A stretch of DNA of 64,000 bases from the IMG/VR virus record IMGVR_UViG_3300020419_001132. One strand, written 5' to 3'. Below, in pieces: positions 37,471 to 47,326 of the stretch. The notes beneath the pieces are model-generated. The model was given only the letters and a program-made list of their open reading frames with translations, was not told the DNA's origin and did not search any database. Each line of letters opens with the position of its first letter. Position 1 is the first letter of the stretch. The position numbers and the translations under genes are program-made. The stretch is from a virus. Lineage: Duplodnaviria > Caudoviricetes.

Positions 37471-38293
37471 ATCGACATTACAATGGGTTAGAGGTTTGTC
37501 AGAATATCTTGACTTTGTAAAAGACGATAAATCTAAAATGTTTATTGATTTTTTAGAACAAAGTATGTATGCAGATAATCCAGTTATTGATAATACTAAT
37601 CAAAAAGGAATGATAGAATTTATAAGTATCCTTAGAAAATTTGCTCCTAATGAGATTTTTGATATATTCCATAAGTATTATAGATTAGGTTTTGATCCAA
37701 AAGCACTTCAAGATGCATTTAGTAGAGGACAAGTATTAAGTAAAATCTGGTTAGTAAATGAGCTTGTAAAAATACAAAAAAACTTTGATATGATTCATGT
37801 ACATGCAGGTTGGTTTGGGCAAATAAGATTGTACTTAGATCAGATGCAGATAAAGTATAATAAAATGCGTGTGTTTGATATAGATAAAACAGCAAATGAA
37901 GTAAGTGACAAAGTGTTTAATAATTTGTTGTTAGAAAATTATTATGTTAAAGCTTCTATTGCAGACGTAGATAATCTTGCAACACTTTATAGAACAGGAT
38001 TTGAATATCCAATTACTGAGGACAAAAATGAAAAAACAGAAGCAGACTTGATTATAAACACAAGTGCAGAACATTTTCAAGAAAATTGGTTTTTAAAATA
38101 TAGAAATAAACCACAGTCTACAGATCCTTTGTTTATTATTCAGACAAATAATTTGCATAGTCTACCCGAGCATGTAAATACTATACACAACGTAGAAGAA
38201 ATGATAAAAAAATATCCTATGTCTCGGGTAGAGTATAGTGGACAATTAGAATTACAAGGATATACTAGATATATGTTGATAGGAAGAATATAA
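37457..38293 (+). CDS. Class I SAM-dependent methyltransferase-like protein
   Basis: HVHAGWFG (motif I variant), RVFDID, ADLIINTSAEH; ATG at 37457. Confidence 0.6.
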   Translation: MNNSESTLQWVRGLSEYLDFVKDDKSKMFIDFLEQSMYADNPVIDNTNQKGMIEFISILRKFAPNEIFDIFHKYYRLGFDPKALQDAFSRGQVLSKIWLVNELVKIQKNFDMIHVHAGWFGQIRLYLDQMQIKYNKMRVFDIDKTANEVSDKVFNNLLLENYYVKASIADVDNLATLYRTGFEYPITEDKNEKTEADLIINTSAEHFQENWFLKYRNKPQSTDPLFIIQTNNLHSLPEHVNTIHNVEEMIKKYPMSRVEYSGQLELQGYTRYMLIGRI

Positions 38294-38964
38294 TGTCAGT
38301 AAGAAAAATTGAAGCTGGTGAAGATTGGGCTCTATGGAGGTCAGACGTAGTAGAAAATAATATTGAACAAATGTCTGCAGAACTAGGCAGAGCATATAGG
38401 CTTTTTACAGAAACATTTACAGGTATGAATTCTTCGCTTACAAGTTTAGATCCTTTTAATAATACTTCGTTAAAAGATTTACCAAATATATTCCAAAATG
38501 TAAAACGAGAAGAACAGGAAGATAGAAATTTTTTAAACACTAATCAAGATGTATCAGGTTACAGATTTTACAATGTGTTTGCCTTAACTACACCGAGTCC
38601 TCTTTTTTGGGAACTATTTCAAGAAATAAAATATATTGTTGAACAACAGTTTGATTATCACGGACCAAAATGGATTCAGTGCTGGTTAAATTATCACAAG
38701 CAAGATGAAGTTTTAGATTGGCATAACCATGCTTTCCCTATGCACGGGTATGTGTCTATTCGCCCTCATTATACTACAACTACTTTTGGTGATTATGAAG
38801 TTAAAAATGAAATTGGAAATATATACATTGGTCCTGGCCATAGAGATCATAAAGTAATTGTAAACAAGGAATGGAAAGATGATATGCCTAGGTTAACACT
38901 AGGATATGATATAATTACAGATGTAAATATCCCAGACAATCAATTTTCCGCTATACCGTTATGA
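38293..38964 (+). CDS. Putative Fe(II)/2OG oxygenase (HxH type)
   Basis: WLNYHKQDEVLDWHNHAFPMHGYVSI...GHRDHKV...RLTLGYD jelly-roll pattern. Confidence 0.6.
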   Translation: MSVRKIEAGEDWALWRSDVVENNIEQMSAELGRAYRLFTETFTGMNSSLTSLDPFNNTSLKDLPNIFQNVKREEQEDRNFLNTNQDVSGYRFYNVFALTTPSPLFWELFQEIKYIVEQQFDYHGPKWIQCWLNYHKQDEVLDWHNHAFPMHGYVSIRPHYTTTTFGDYEVKNEIGNIYIGPGHRDHKVIVNKEWKDDMPRLTLGYDIITDVNIPDNQFSAIPL

Positions 38965-39188
38965 TTGAAAATTTAACTTTACGCAAATTACAGTTAGAAT
39001 GTGCTAGAGCTTTACAGACTATGCAAGCCACTAATAATAACATACATCAATTTAATAAAAAGGCCCACCATAATAGCCAAGACTGGTATAAGGCAGTAGT
39101 AGAATGGTATATTAATTCATATGGTGGATTACCGAGCAAGGTAGGTCCTGGCACAAAAGTAAAATTAATTATGGATAGTGAAGAATGA
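38961..39188 (+). CDS. Small hypothetical protein (75 aa)
   Basis: ATGA-coupled on both sides, consistent with a real gene. Confidence 0.5.
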   Translation: MIENLTLRKLQLECARALQTMQATNNNIHQFNKKAHHNSQDWYKAVVEWYINSYGGLPSKVGPGTKVKLIMDSEE

Positions 39189-39733
39189 AAGATATCACAC
39201 CAAAACACAACCAACACAAACAAAACAAAAACAAAATTTTTGTTAAAAAAAATAAAGTTTATAAAACTTTACGAACCGGTAAAGTATATGGACCTGATTG
39301 GTTAAAAGCCTATCGTAAAATATATGAACGTAATAAAAATTTGGTTAAAGTTTATGATGTTTTAGAAGAAGGTACAATGATATTAATGGAGAGGCTAGAC
39401 ATAATATGTACTTTAGACCAACTTTTTAGTAAAGATTCTAAACATAAAAATTTAATAACAAAAGATTTAATATGTGAAATAATTAGTGTTATAAGTAGGT
39501 CTTGGGCAATAGATTTTGAATATTCTAAAACACTTACAGGCCATGAATATTTTATACACAATGACTTAAAATTATCTAATTTAGCTTTGACTAGCGACTA
39601 TCAGATTAAATTCATAGATCCTGACTCATACGGATTTACTTTTGAATTAGATGGTGGATACACGTTTATTCAAACACATATAGAACTAATGCATAGAATA
39701 CAAAGGTATTATAATAATATAAAAGATGTATAA
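39185..39733 (+). CDS. Minimal protein-kinase-like phosphotransferase
   Basis: 182 aa; VYK, LVKVYD..ILMERL hinge, catalytic loop HNDLKLSN, and KFIDPD in place of DFG. Confidence 0.65.
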   Translation: MKDITPKHNQHKQNKNKIFVKKNKVYKTLRTGKVYGPDWLKAYRKIYERNKNLVKVYDVLEEGTMILMERLDIICTLDQLFSKDSKHKNLITKDLICEIISVISRSWAIDFEYSKTLTGHEYFIHNDLKLSNLALTSDYQIKFIDPDSYGFTFELDGGYTFIQTHIELMHRIQRYYNNIKDV

Positions 39734-40790
39734 TTACGCAGATATAAAAACAATTCATTTAGAGATTACGCAGAATTGTCAAGCGGCTTGTCCTATGTGC
39801 GATCGTAACATGAATGGTGAAGGAATAAATCCTCATATAAACTTAGATGAACTATCTCTAAAAGATTGTATGGATATCTTTCCTCCAAAATTTATTAGTC
39901 AACTTGATACTATGTATATGTGTGGAAATTTAGGAGATCCTATAATTGCAAAAGACACATTAGAAGTATTTGATTATTTTAGACAAAATAATTCTACAAT
40001 GTGGTTAAGCATGAATACAAACGCAGGAGCAAAAAATGTTGAATGGTGGAAAAAACTTGCTAAAACAATTGGAAAAAAGGGTGCCGTTATATTCTCTGTT
40101 GACGGTCTTAGTGACACTAATCATCTGTATAGGCAAAATGTTGTTTGGAACAATGTAGAACGCAACATGCGAGCATTTATTGAAGCTGGAGGTAGAGCTC
40201 GTTGGGATTTTTTAATTTTTGAACATAATCAACATCAAGTAGAAGAAGCACAAGACCTTGCAAACAAATGGGGTTGTGAAAAATTTGTTGCTAAAAAAAC
40301 AGGAAGGTTTATTACACAAGATTCACAAAAGAAAGAATCACACCAAGCAGTAAGTAAGAAAGGACAAAACACAGCTGAATTAAAAAAGCCTGATCCTAAG
40401 TACCAAAACAAGGCATTAAAAAAACAAGATATTATTATAAAAAAATATGGTAGTATGGATGCATACTATGATGTTGCTCCTATTAAACCTAAATGTGTTG
40501 ACAAGAAGGAAATTTACGTAAGTGCAGAAGGGTTAGTACTTCCTTGTTGTTGGACAGCAGGTAGGATGTATAAATGGTGGCATAAAGATCCTTATGTAGA
40601 ACAGATATGGGATTTCATAGATAAAGATAAAATTAACGCTAAGAAAGGCTTAGAACAAGTTTTCGAGACAGACATATTTACAAATATATCTAACAGTTGG
40701 AATAAATCCAGTTGTGCTGATGGAAAATTAAAAGTTTGTGCAATGAAATGCGGAGCAGAATTTGATCCATTTACTGAACAATTTAAATAA
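39726..40790 (+). CDS. Radical SAM protein with C-terminal SPASM/twitch domain (type A)
   Basis: CQAACPMC (CxxxCxxC); CGNLGDP; C-terminal YVSAEGLVLPCC...CAMKC. Confidence 0.9.
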   Translation: MYNYADIKTIHLEITQNCQAACPMCDRNMNGEGINPHINLDELSLKDCMDIFPPKFISQLDTMYMCGNLGDPIIAKDTLEVFDYFRQNNSTMWLSMNTNAGAKNVEWWKKLAKTIGKKGAVIFSVDGLSDTNHLYRQNVVWNNVERNMRAFIEAGGRARWDFLIFEHNQHQVEEAQDLANKWGCEKFVAKKTGRFITQDSQKKESHQAVSKKGQNTAELKKPDPKYQNKALKKQDIIIKKYGSMDAYYDVAPIKPKCVDKKEIYVSAEGLVLPCCWTAGRMYKWWHKDPYVEQIWDFIDKDKINAKKGLEQVFETDIFTNISNSWNKSSCADGKLKVCAMKCGAEFDPFTEQFK

Positions 40791-40791
40791 G

Positions 40792-40808
40792 ATAAGTACG
40801 TATATAAA
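40792..40808 (+). promoter_or_regulatory. 17-bp intergenic motif ATAAGTACGTATATAAA (late-promoter-like)
   Basis: Fills almost the whole intergenic spacer and is identical to 31960-31976. Confidence 0.5.
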
Positions 40809-41864
40809 ATGAATATAGATAGTATACGTAAAATAGAGCTAGAGATTACAAGCGATTGTAATGCGGCATGTCCAGGTTGTGCTAGGACACAACATATAGA
40901 TAAACTTGAAATTAAGAGTTTCATGTTATCTGATCTGCTTAGATTATTTCCAGACACAAAACATATTAAAGATAAGCAGTTTAAGTTTTGTGGTGTACTA
41001 GGAGATCCTGCACTTAATAAAGATGCTGTTAGTATGACAGAACATCTTACAGATCATGGCGGGTATTGCCAATGGAGTACTAACGGCGCATATCAAACTT
41101 CTGATTGGTGGCATGCATTAGGCGAGATAAGTGCTAATACTAACCTTGTTGATGTAAATTTTTGTGTAGATGGACATAAGGAAACTAATCATATCTATAG
41201 GGTAAACACAAACTGGAAAGTATTAGAACGCAACATGCAAGCCTATAGTGACGCAGGTGGAAAAGCAACTTGGATTTTTATTGTTTTTGATCATAATGAA
41301 TTTGAATTGGAAACAGCTAGAGAACATGCAAATAAATTAGGATTTACGTTTGCAACTCGTACTGGAATGAGAAACAGTTATGACGACTGGGTTTCTCAAA
41401 TAGGAAAGAAAAATGAAAAACAAAAGAAAGTCATTACTACTACTGGAAAGAAAGAACATAGTAAAAAAGATCAGGTATTGGAACTAGACAAGTTTCTTGC
41501 TAACGAAAATAAAACAAATAAAGAAACAAAAGAAATACTTACAACAATAAAATGTAAACTTGTACACGAAGGTGAAATTTTTATTAGTTCTAAACAAGAA
41601 ATGTGGCCTTGTTGTTTTTTATGGGATAGTGCATTTAAAAATAAAGAAAATATTTTAAATAAACTTAGTGAATACCAAACTGGTTGGAACAGTCTTAAAA
41701 CTAACAGCATTGATACTGTTTTACAACATCCATGGTTTGACAAAATATTAGGACAAAGCTGGAACCCTAATCACGAGAAACATCTACCAAGATGTATAAA
41801 AACATGTGCTTATCATAAAGCATATCACAATGAGATAAACATAGATGTCACAAGCAATTTGTAA
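40809..41864 (+). CDS. Radical SAM protein with C-terminal twitch domain (type A)
   Basis: CNAACPGC; CGVLGDP; FISSKQEMWPCC...CIKTC. Confidence 0.9.
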   Translation: MNIDSIRKIELEITSDCNAACPGCARTQHIDKLEIKSFMLSDLLRLFPDTKHIKDKQFKFCGVLGDPALNKDAVSMTEHLTDHGGYCQWSTNGAYQTSDWWHALGEISANTNLVDVNFCVDGHKETNHIYRVNTNWKVLERNMQAYSDAGGKATWIFIVFDHNEFELETAREHANKLGFTFATRTGMRNSYDDWVSQIGKKNEKQKKVITTTGKKEHSKKDQVLELDKFLANENKTNKETKEILTTIKCKLVHEGEIFISSKQEMWPCCFLWDSAFKNKENILNKLSEYQTGWNSLKTNSIDTVLQHPWFDKILGQSWNPNHEKHLPRCIKTCAYHKAYHNEINIDVTSNL

Positions 41865-43041
41865 ATTACAGTCAACAGGAATAACAATTGATGGTGCTGA
41901 AGGTCGTGTGAAGCCATGTTGTCATTTTGATTCAAATAAAACTTTTAATATTCCTGACGTAAGTGACATAGAAAATTTTGAGCAAGTGTTAGATAGCAAA
42001 CTTTCAAAACGTATAAAAAAGTTAACAAAAAAAGGAATTTTATTTCAAAAGGAGACAGAGATAATACCTCAGTGTAATACTTGTTGGGATAGAGAGAGAA
42101 ATAAATTACAATCACGTCGTAATTGGTATAACACAAAATTAACCGGAACTGGTGCTACGGTAGAAAATTTGCAAATAGCATTAGATTATACTTGTAATCT
42201 CATGTGTAGAATTTGTGCTCCTAAGCATAGTAGTAAATGGAATAGTGCCAAAGATGTAATAAAAAAATTAAGAACAATTTATCCCGAACATCCAGTTTAT
42301 GAAGCAAATCCTATAAAACAAAATTATTCTGAGAATATAAAAAGAGTCATACAAAATAGTGATTTAACTAATTTAAAAACAATAGAACTGATAGGCGGTG
42401 AACCTTTTTACAGTAAGCATTTTAATTGGTTTATAGAAACTATATGTGAGAAATGTAATCCAGAAAATATTGAATTTTCTACAATTACCAATGGGACTAT
42501 TATACCTCCTAAAGATATATTAGATAAATTACTTAGGTTTAAATGTGTAAACATAAAATTAAGTATTGACGGGTTGGGTCCTTTAGCTGAAAGCACGAGA
42601 CACGGAGTTGATTGGAATACAATAGATAAAAATATTCACACGTGGGCCAAATTGCATAACAAAGCTAATACAAGACAGATAGAAGTCAGAGCCAATCCTA
42701 CAGTAAGTATTCTTAATGTGAATAAATTACAAGAAATTATTGATTATTTTGATGACTGGAAAAATATTACAGTTGCTCCACATGGCTTGGAAGGACCTAG
42801 TTGGTTGTGTTTAGAGCAAATTCCTATTAAAATAAGAAAAAAATGGGTACCAACTTATCGGCATCCGTATCAAAATCATCAATTTAAAAACATTGTACTA
42901 AATGATAGAGTGGTGGAAAATAAATTACAACGGTTTTTAGAAAGCACATTAGTTTTAGATAATCATTACGGCATGGCTTTCAAAGATTGTAATCCAGAAA
43001 TGTACGAAACTATAGAAAGGCTTGTCAATGTGGAACAGTGA
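41845..43041 (+). CDS. Radical SAM protein with N-terminal twitch domain (type B)
   Basis: N-terminal C...GRVKPCC...CNTC; CNLMCRIC..HSSKW; GGEP. Confidence 0.88.
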   Translation: MSQAICKLQSTGITIDGAEGRVKPCCHFDSNKTFNIPDVSDIENFEQVLDSKLSKRIKKLTKKGILFQKETEIIPQCNTCWDRERNKLQSRRNWYNTKLTGTGATVENLQIALDYTCNLMCRICAPKHSSKWNSAKDVIKKLRTIYPEHPVYEANPIKQNYSENIKRVIQNSDLTNLKTIELIGGEPFYSKHFNWFIETICEKCNPENIEFSTITNGTIIPPKDILDKLLRFKCVNIKLSIDGLGPLAESTRHGVDWNTIDKNIHTWAKLHNKANTRQIEVRANPTVSILNVNKLQEIIDYFDDWKNITVAPHGLEGPSWLCLEQIPIKIRKKWVPTYRHPYQNHQFKNIVLNDRVVENKLQRFLESTLVLDNHYGMAFKDCNPEMYETIERLVNVEQ

Positions 43042-43969
43042 TACACTAGAATGGATTGACATTGAACTTACAAGTTTTTGTAATATAAGTTGTAAAGGTT
43101 GTTTTAGGGTAATATCTAAGGAAGCAGATAAAATTCTTAACAAAACATACCTTGATTTGAATGTAATTAAAGAAAAATTTAAAAAAGAAATGTTTCCTAA
43201 TATAAAAATTATTAATTTTTGTGGAAGTGTAGACGAACCTACAACTCATCCTCAGTTTTTTGAAATAATAAAGCACTTTGCAACATGGGATTGTCATATC
43301 AATGTTGCAACAAATGGTAGTTTAAGAACTGCTAGTTGGTGGACTAAACTTGCAGAGATAATGCCTGAAAGCCATGTTGTAACTTGGGGCATAGATGGTA
43401 GTGATGAAACTAGCGAGTTATACAGACAAGGGTCTAATTTTAAAAAAGTACAGCAAAATTTTAGGGCGTTTATAGCCGCCGGAGGCAGAGCTCATTGGCA
43501 ATTTATTGTATTTGAACACAACGAGCACCAATTAGAAATTGCAAAGAAAATGGCAGTAAATGAAGGCTTTAAGGAGTTCAAAACAATCATTAGTCATAGA
43601 AAAGACATAGGTGGAGTGAAACATAAAAAGCTCGAAGTAGAAGAATCTCCTACAATAAGTTGTAAGTATGGTAATCAAAAGCGTATATTTGTAAATCATA
43701 TGGGAAATGTAATTCCTTGTTGTCACCTTAACAGCAAAATGTTAGAATTTTCAGTTAACGATAAACAAAAAGATAGATTTGAACAAATATTAGTTGAAAA
43801 CAACTATATGTCTGATATTAATCTTAAAAATGTTTCATTAGATGATGCTATACATGGTAAAGTTTGGACAGATATACAAAAAAGTTGGAATTCAAACAAT
43901 AGAATACCAAGATGTGAAAGTGTTTGCAAACAAAACATGCGAGATAAATTTATAAAAGAAAAGTTATAG
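43028..43969 (+). CDS. Radical SAM protein with C-terminal twitch domain (type A)
   Basis: CNISCKGC; CGSVDEP; FVNHMGNVIPCC...CESVC; ATG at 43028. Confidence 0.9.
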   Translation: MWNSDTLEWIDIELTSFCNISCKGCFRVISKEADKILNKTYLDLNVIKEKFKKEMFPNIKIINFCGSVDEPTTHPQFFEIIKHFATWDCHINVATNGSLRTASWWTKLAEIMPESHVVTWGIDGSDETSELYRQGSNFKKVQQNFRAFIAAGGRAHWQFIVFEHNEHQLEIAKKMAVNEGFKEFKTIISHRKDIGGVKHKKLEVEESPTISCKYGNQKRIFVNHMGNVIPCCHLNSKMLEFSVNDKQKDRFEQILVENNYMSDINLKNVSLDDAIHGKVWTDIQKSWNSNNRIPRCESVCKQNMRDKFIKEKL

Positions 43970-44608
43970 TATAGTATAGGTTACTTTTTTATCATATCGT
44001 TCTACATACCGTAGTATATCATTACTTTCATCTTTTAAAACAACATTACTGTGGAAGTTTGTATTTGGATAACCTATTCCTAACATTGTTATAATATTTG
44101 AGTCAAGAGTATACCCTATACTTTTAAGATAATTTTTAAGTAATTCGGTGTTATAACAACAACAAAATCCTGTTCTCATGCCCAGCTGATTTGCGGCTAG
44201 TGCAACAGCACCAGAGCTAATACCTGCAGATAAAGTAGCATTAAAATTGTGTACATGGTGTTGTTGCTGTATACTATCCTTTTTTTCATGGCCAGCATAT
44301 TTAAAATTATCTCCTGTGTATTCATTTTTTAAATATATGAAAAGTAAAGGACTATCAACTTGAGAGTTTCTGTCCTTAGTACCCTTGTTTTCTTCGTCAA
44401 TAGAACATTTATATATATTTTTGTTGTAAACAGGATTATCAGAAACCAATAGATGATAATACGCTTGATTTTGCTTTGTAGGAAGATCTATAGCTATATT
44501 GATCAAGGTATACTTTACAAGTTGGGATATTTTTTTATTTCTATCCCAATTACGTTGACATTGATTTGCAGTTTTACTAGCACTTACTAGTAATTTTCTA
44601 ACACCCAT
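43964..44608 (-). CDS. Nitroreductase-family flavoprotein
   Basis: 214 aa; CQRNWD, PTKQNQ, SAGISSGAVALAANQLGMRTGFCCC, LGIGYP. Confidence 0.75.
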   Translation of the reverse strand: MGVRKLLVSASKTANQCQRNWDRNKKISQLVKYTLINIAIDLPTKQNQAYYHLLVSDNPVYNKNIYKCSIDEENKGTKDRNSQVDSPLLFIYLKNEYTGDNFKYAGHEKKDSIQQQHHVHNFNATLSAGISSGAVALAANQLGMRTGFCCCYNTELLKNYLKSIGYTLDSNIITMLGIGYPNTNFHSNVVLKDESNDILRYVERYDKKVTYTIL

Positions 44609-44653
44609 GTGAAACCCTGTTTTTCAGCTTAAATAAATCCATACTAAGTTTAA

Positions 44654-44668
44654 TATAAATATATTTAT
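44654..44668. promoter_or_regulatory. Back-to-back late-promoter motifs in the 14-bp palindrome ATAAATATATTTAT
   Basis: Plus strand TATAAATA at 44654-44661 (exact T4 late consensus); minus strand ATAAATA at 44668-44662; lies between divergent genes. Confidence 0.6.
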
Positions 44669-44691
44669 GTTCATTAAAGTAGTAGTTAACT

Positions 44692-46098
44692 ATGCATAGA
44701 AAACCTCCTTCAGAAACGTTTTGCTTGTTACCATGGGTGCATTTAAGCACTAGACCAGATGGAAGTATGCGAGTATGCTGTACTGCAAACGCAAGTTCAG
44801 TAGGAGCTACTAATGACCGAGAACACGGTGGGCAAGTGGGTATTTTAAAAACAGAAGATGGTAAACCAAACAATTTAAATGTAAGTGACTTCGAAACTGC
44901 TTGGAATAGCACATATATGAAAAATGTACGTAAGCAGATGCTTAACGGAGAAAAACCGCCTAGCTGTTTGAAATGTTATAAAGAAGAAGCGGCCGGCCAC
45001 AAAAGTAAGCGTATGTGGGAAACACATTACTGGGGACAGCGTGTTGATTTAGATAAAATACTAGCTGACACCAAAGAGGATGGGTCTGTTCCTCCACAAC
45101 TAGCATACATAGATTTACGTTTTGGTACCAAATGTCAGTTAGCTTGTGTTATGTGTTCTCCACATGACAGTTCTGGTTGGATTAAGGATTGGAAAGCTGT
45201 TTTTCCTGCTGTAGAAAATGCTAGTCTGAAAGAAACTATGCAATGGAAAGACAAGGGTAGTTTTAACGGAAGTAGCTATAACTGGCACAAACAAAATCCT
45301 ACATTTTGGAAACAGTTTTATGAGCAGATGCCAAGTATGCAACAGATATATTTTGCAGGCGGCGAAAGTTTAATTATTGAGGAGCATTATGAAATACTTG
45401 AACATGCTATTAAAATGGGATATGCTAAAAATTTAGAGTTACGATATAATTCAAATGGTGTTGAATGGCGTGACGATTTGTTTGACCTTTGGAAGCATTT
45501 TAAATTAGTGCGTTTTCACTATAGTGTAGATAGCATAAAACAAATGAATGATTACATACGTTATCCTAGTGAGTGGAAACGGCAAGAAGAAGTTTTCCAT
45601 ATTTTAGATAATGAAACAAGTGATAATGTTGAAGTAACTATAGCTTGTGCAGTACAGGCTTTAAACATTTATTACATTCCAGATTTTATAAAATGGAAAC
45701 TTGAAAAGAAATTTAGAAAAATAAACATGTGGCCGTTTGCCGCAGGAGCAATAAATTATCATTTTGTTTATCATCCGCCACATCTTAATGTAAAGATATT
45801 ACCTACATGGTTTAAAAAAGAATGTAGATTAAAGTATGAAAGATTTTATCCATGGTGGGAAGAAAATTGGGAGTTAGGTGTACCTAGTTGGCATAAAGGT
45901 AAAGTAACATATGAAGAATGGCGTAGTGCAGAATACGGCATTAAGAGACTAAAAGGTATGCTTAAATTTATGGAAAGTGAAGATTGGAGTAGGCGTCTAC
46001 CTGAGATGAAGGAATTTCTACAACTTTGTGATAAGCAAAGAGGCATAACTTTCGAAAAAACTTTTCCTGAAATGCGGGGCATATTTAATGATTTCTAA
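44692..46098 (+). CDS. Radical SAM protein with N-terminal twitch domain (type B)
   Basis: FCLLPWVHLSTRPDGSMRVCC...CLKC; CQLACVMC..DSSGW; AGGES. Confidence 0.92.
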   Translation: MHRKPPSETFCLLPWVHLSTRPDGSMRVCCTANASSVGATNDREHGGQVGILKTEDGKPNNLNVSDFETAWNSTYMKNVRKQMLNGEKPPSCLKCYKEEAAGHKSKRMWETHYWGQRVDLDKILADTKEDGSVPPQLAYIDLRFGTKCQLACVMCSPHDSSGWIKDWKAVFPAVENASLKETMQWKDKGSFNGSSYNWHKQNPTFWKQFYEQMPSMQQIYFAGGESLIIEEHYEILEHAIKMGYAKNLELRYNSNGVEWRDDLFDLWKHFKLVRFHYSVDSIKQMNDYIRYPSEWKRQEEVFHILDNETSDNVEVTIACAVQALNIYYIPDFIKWKLEKKFRKINMWPFAAGAINYHFVYHPPHLNVKILPTWFKKECRLKYERFYPWWEENWELGVPSWHKGKVTYEEWRSAEYGIKRLKGMLKFMESEDWSRRLPEMKEFLQLCDKQRGITFEKTFPEMRGIFNDF

Positions 46099-47326
46099 TA
46101 CAATGTGCCCTTATCCTTACATGCATCAGTTAATTAGTTCCTCAGGAACTGTTACACCTTGCTGTCATGTTTATGAACCTCCTGGTACTCCTTGGAAAAA
46201 AGTAAATTTTAGAGATGGCATAACAACTGACTTACATAAGTTAATGCGTAAGCAAATGGAAAGTGGTAAATGGCCTGGTATTTGTGTAAAATGCAAAGAT
46301 CAAGAACTTAGGGGAGATATTAGTCATAGACAACTTGCCCTTGAACAATTTGGGAATACACACGATATTAAAATAAAATCACTTGACGTGGCATATACTA
46401 ATAAATGTAATTTAGCATGTAGAATGTGTAAACCTTCAGATAGTAGTTTGCTAGACGAACTTTATATAAAAGCAAAAGAAGATGGCATAAATGAGATTCC
46501 TAGTTGGATTAAGATTTTTGGACATTCACCTACTTATGAATACGAAGCCATAGAAAAGGTTAAGTACACGAAGAAACTTATTGCAGAAGGATTAACTAAT
46601 TTAAAAGTAACTGGCGGAGAACCTACAGCGTGTAAACATTTTATGGGACTAGTTGAATGGATATTACAAAAGGGCCACGCAAAGAATATAGCTATACAAA
46701 TTACAACAAATGGTACAAAACTTAATAAAGTGTTAATTAAAAAATTACTACAGTTTAAACAAGTAAAGTTAGTATTAAGTATAGACGGCACTGGAAATGT
46801 ATACAACTATGTTAGACATCACGGTTCTTGGGATAAAACATATAGTAACTTACAGGAATTATCAAAGCATCCTAGTATAACAGTAAGTGTAGCATGTATT
46901 GCTTCTTTTTTTAACACTACTAATATAATAGATTTAATATACCAATGTGCAGAACTTGGCATTGCAGTTCATGTTGATCAAGATCTTAAACCAAGAAATT
47001 CAGAAATAACACCGTACAATCACGATAGTAATATTTCAAGTATCCTATTAGACCAAGCGACCCAATTAAGAAAAGATTTTAAAAGTTGGAAATCGTATAG
47101 TGGTGAAGACACAAAAATGCCGGTTGGATTTAATAAAATTATTTGGTATGCAAATAAGTCAGCAAAAACACTTGAAAATATTGCTAATACTCCACGTCCT
47201 AAAGGACATATTAGAGATCGATTACAACAGACAATAAAAATACAAGACAAGTTATATAATACCAACTTTGAAGATTTTCTGCAACCTGAACAAATAAGAT
47301 ACCTAGGTGGTAACTATGCCCAGTGA
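46088..47326 (+). CDS. Radical SAM protein with N-terminal twitch domain (type B)
   Basis: CPYPYMH..SGTVTPCC...CVKC; CNLACRMC..DSS; TGGEP. Confidence 0.9.
   Translation: MISNTMCPYPYMHQLISSSGTVTPCCHVYEPPGTPWKKVNFRDGITTDLHKLMRKQMESGKWPGICVKCKDQELRGDISHRQLALEQFGNTHDIKIKSLDVAYTNKCNLACRMCKPSDSSLLDELYIKAKEDGINEIPSWIKIFGHSPTYEYEAIEKVKYTKKLIAEGLTNLKVTGGEPTACKHFMGLVEWILQKGHAKNIAIQITTNGTKLNKVLIKKLLQFKQVKLVLSIDGTGNVYNYVRHHGSWDKTYSNLQELSKHPSITVSVACIASFFNTTNIIDLIYQCAELGIAVHVDQDLKPRNSEITPYNHDSNISSILLDQATQLRKDFKSWKSYSGEDTKMPVGFNKIIWYANKSAKTLENIANTPRPKGHIRDRLQQTIKIQDKLYNTNFEDFLQPEQIRYLGGNYAQ

Noticed and set aside
43965-43979. (TATAG)x3 micro-repeat at the convergent stop overlap
   Set aside because: Short, AT-rich and explained by overlapping coding ends; no evidence of phase variation.
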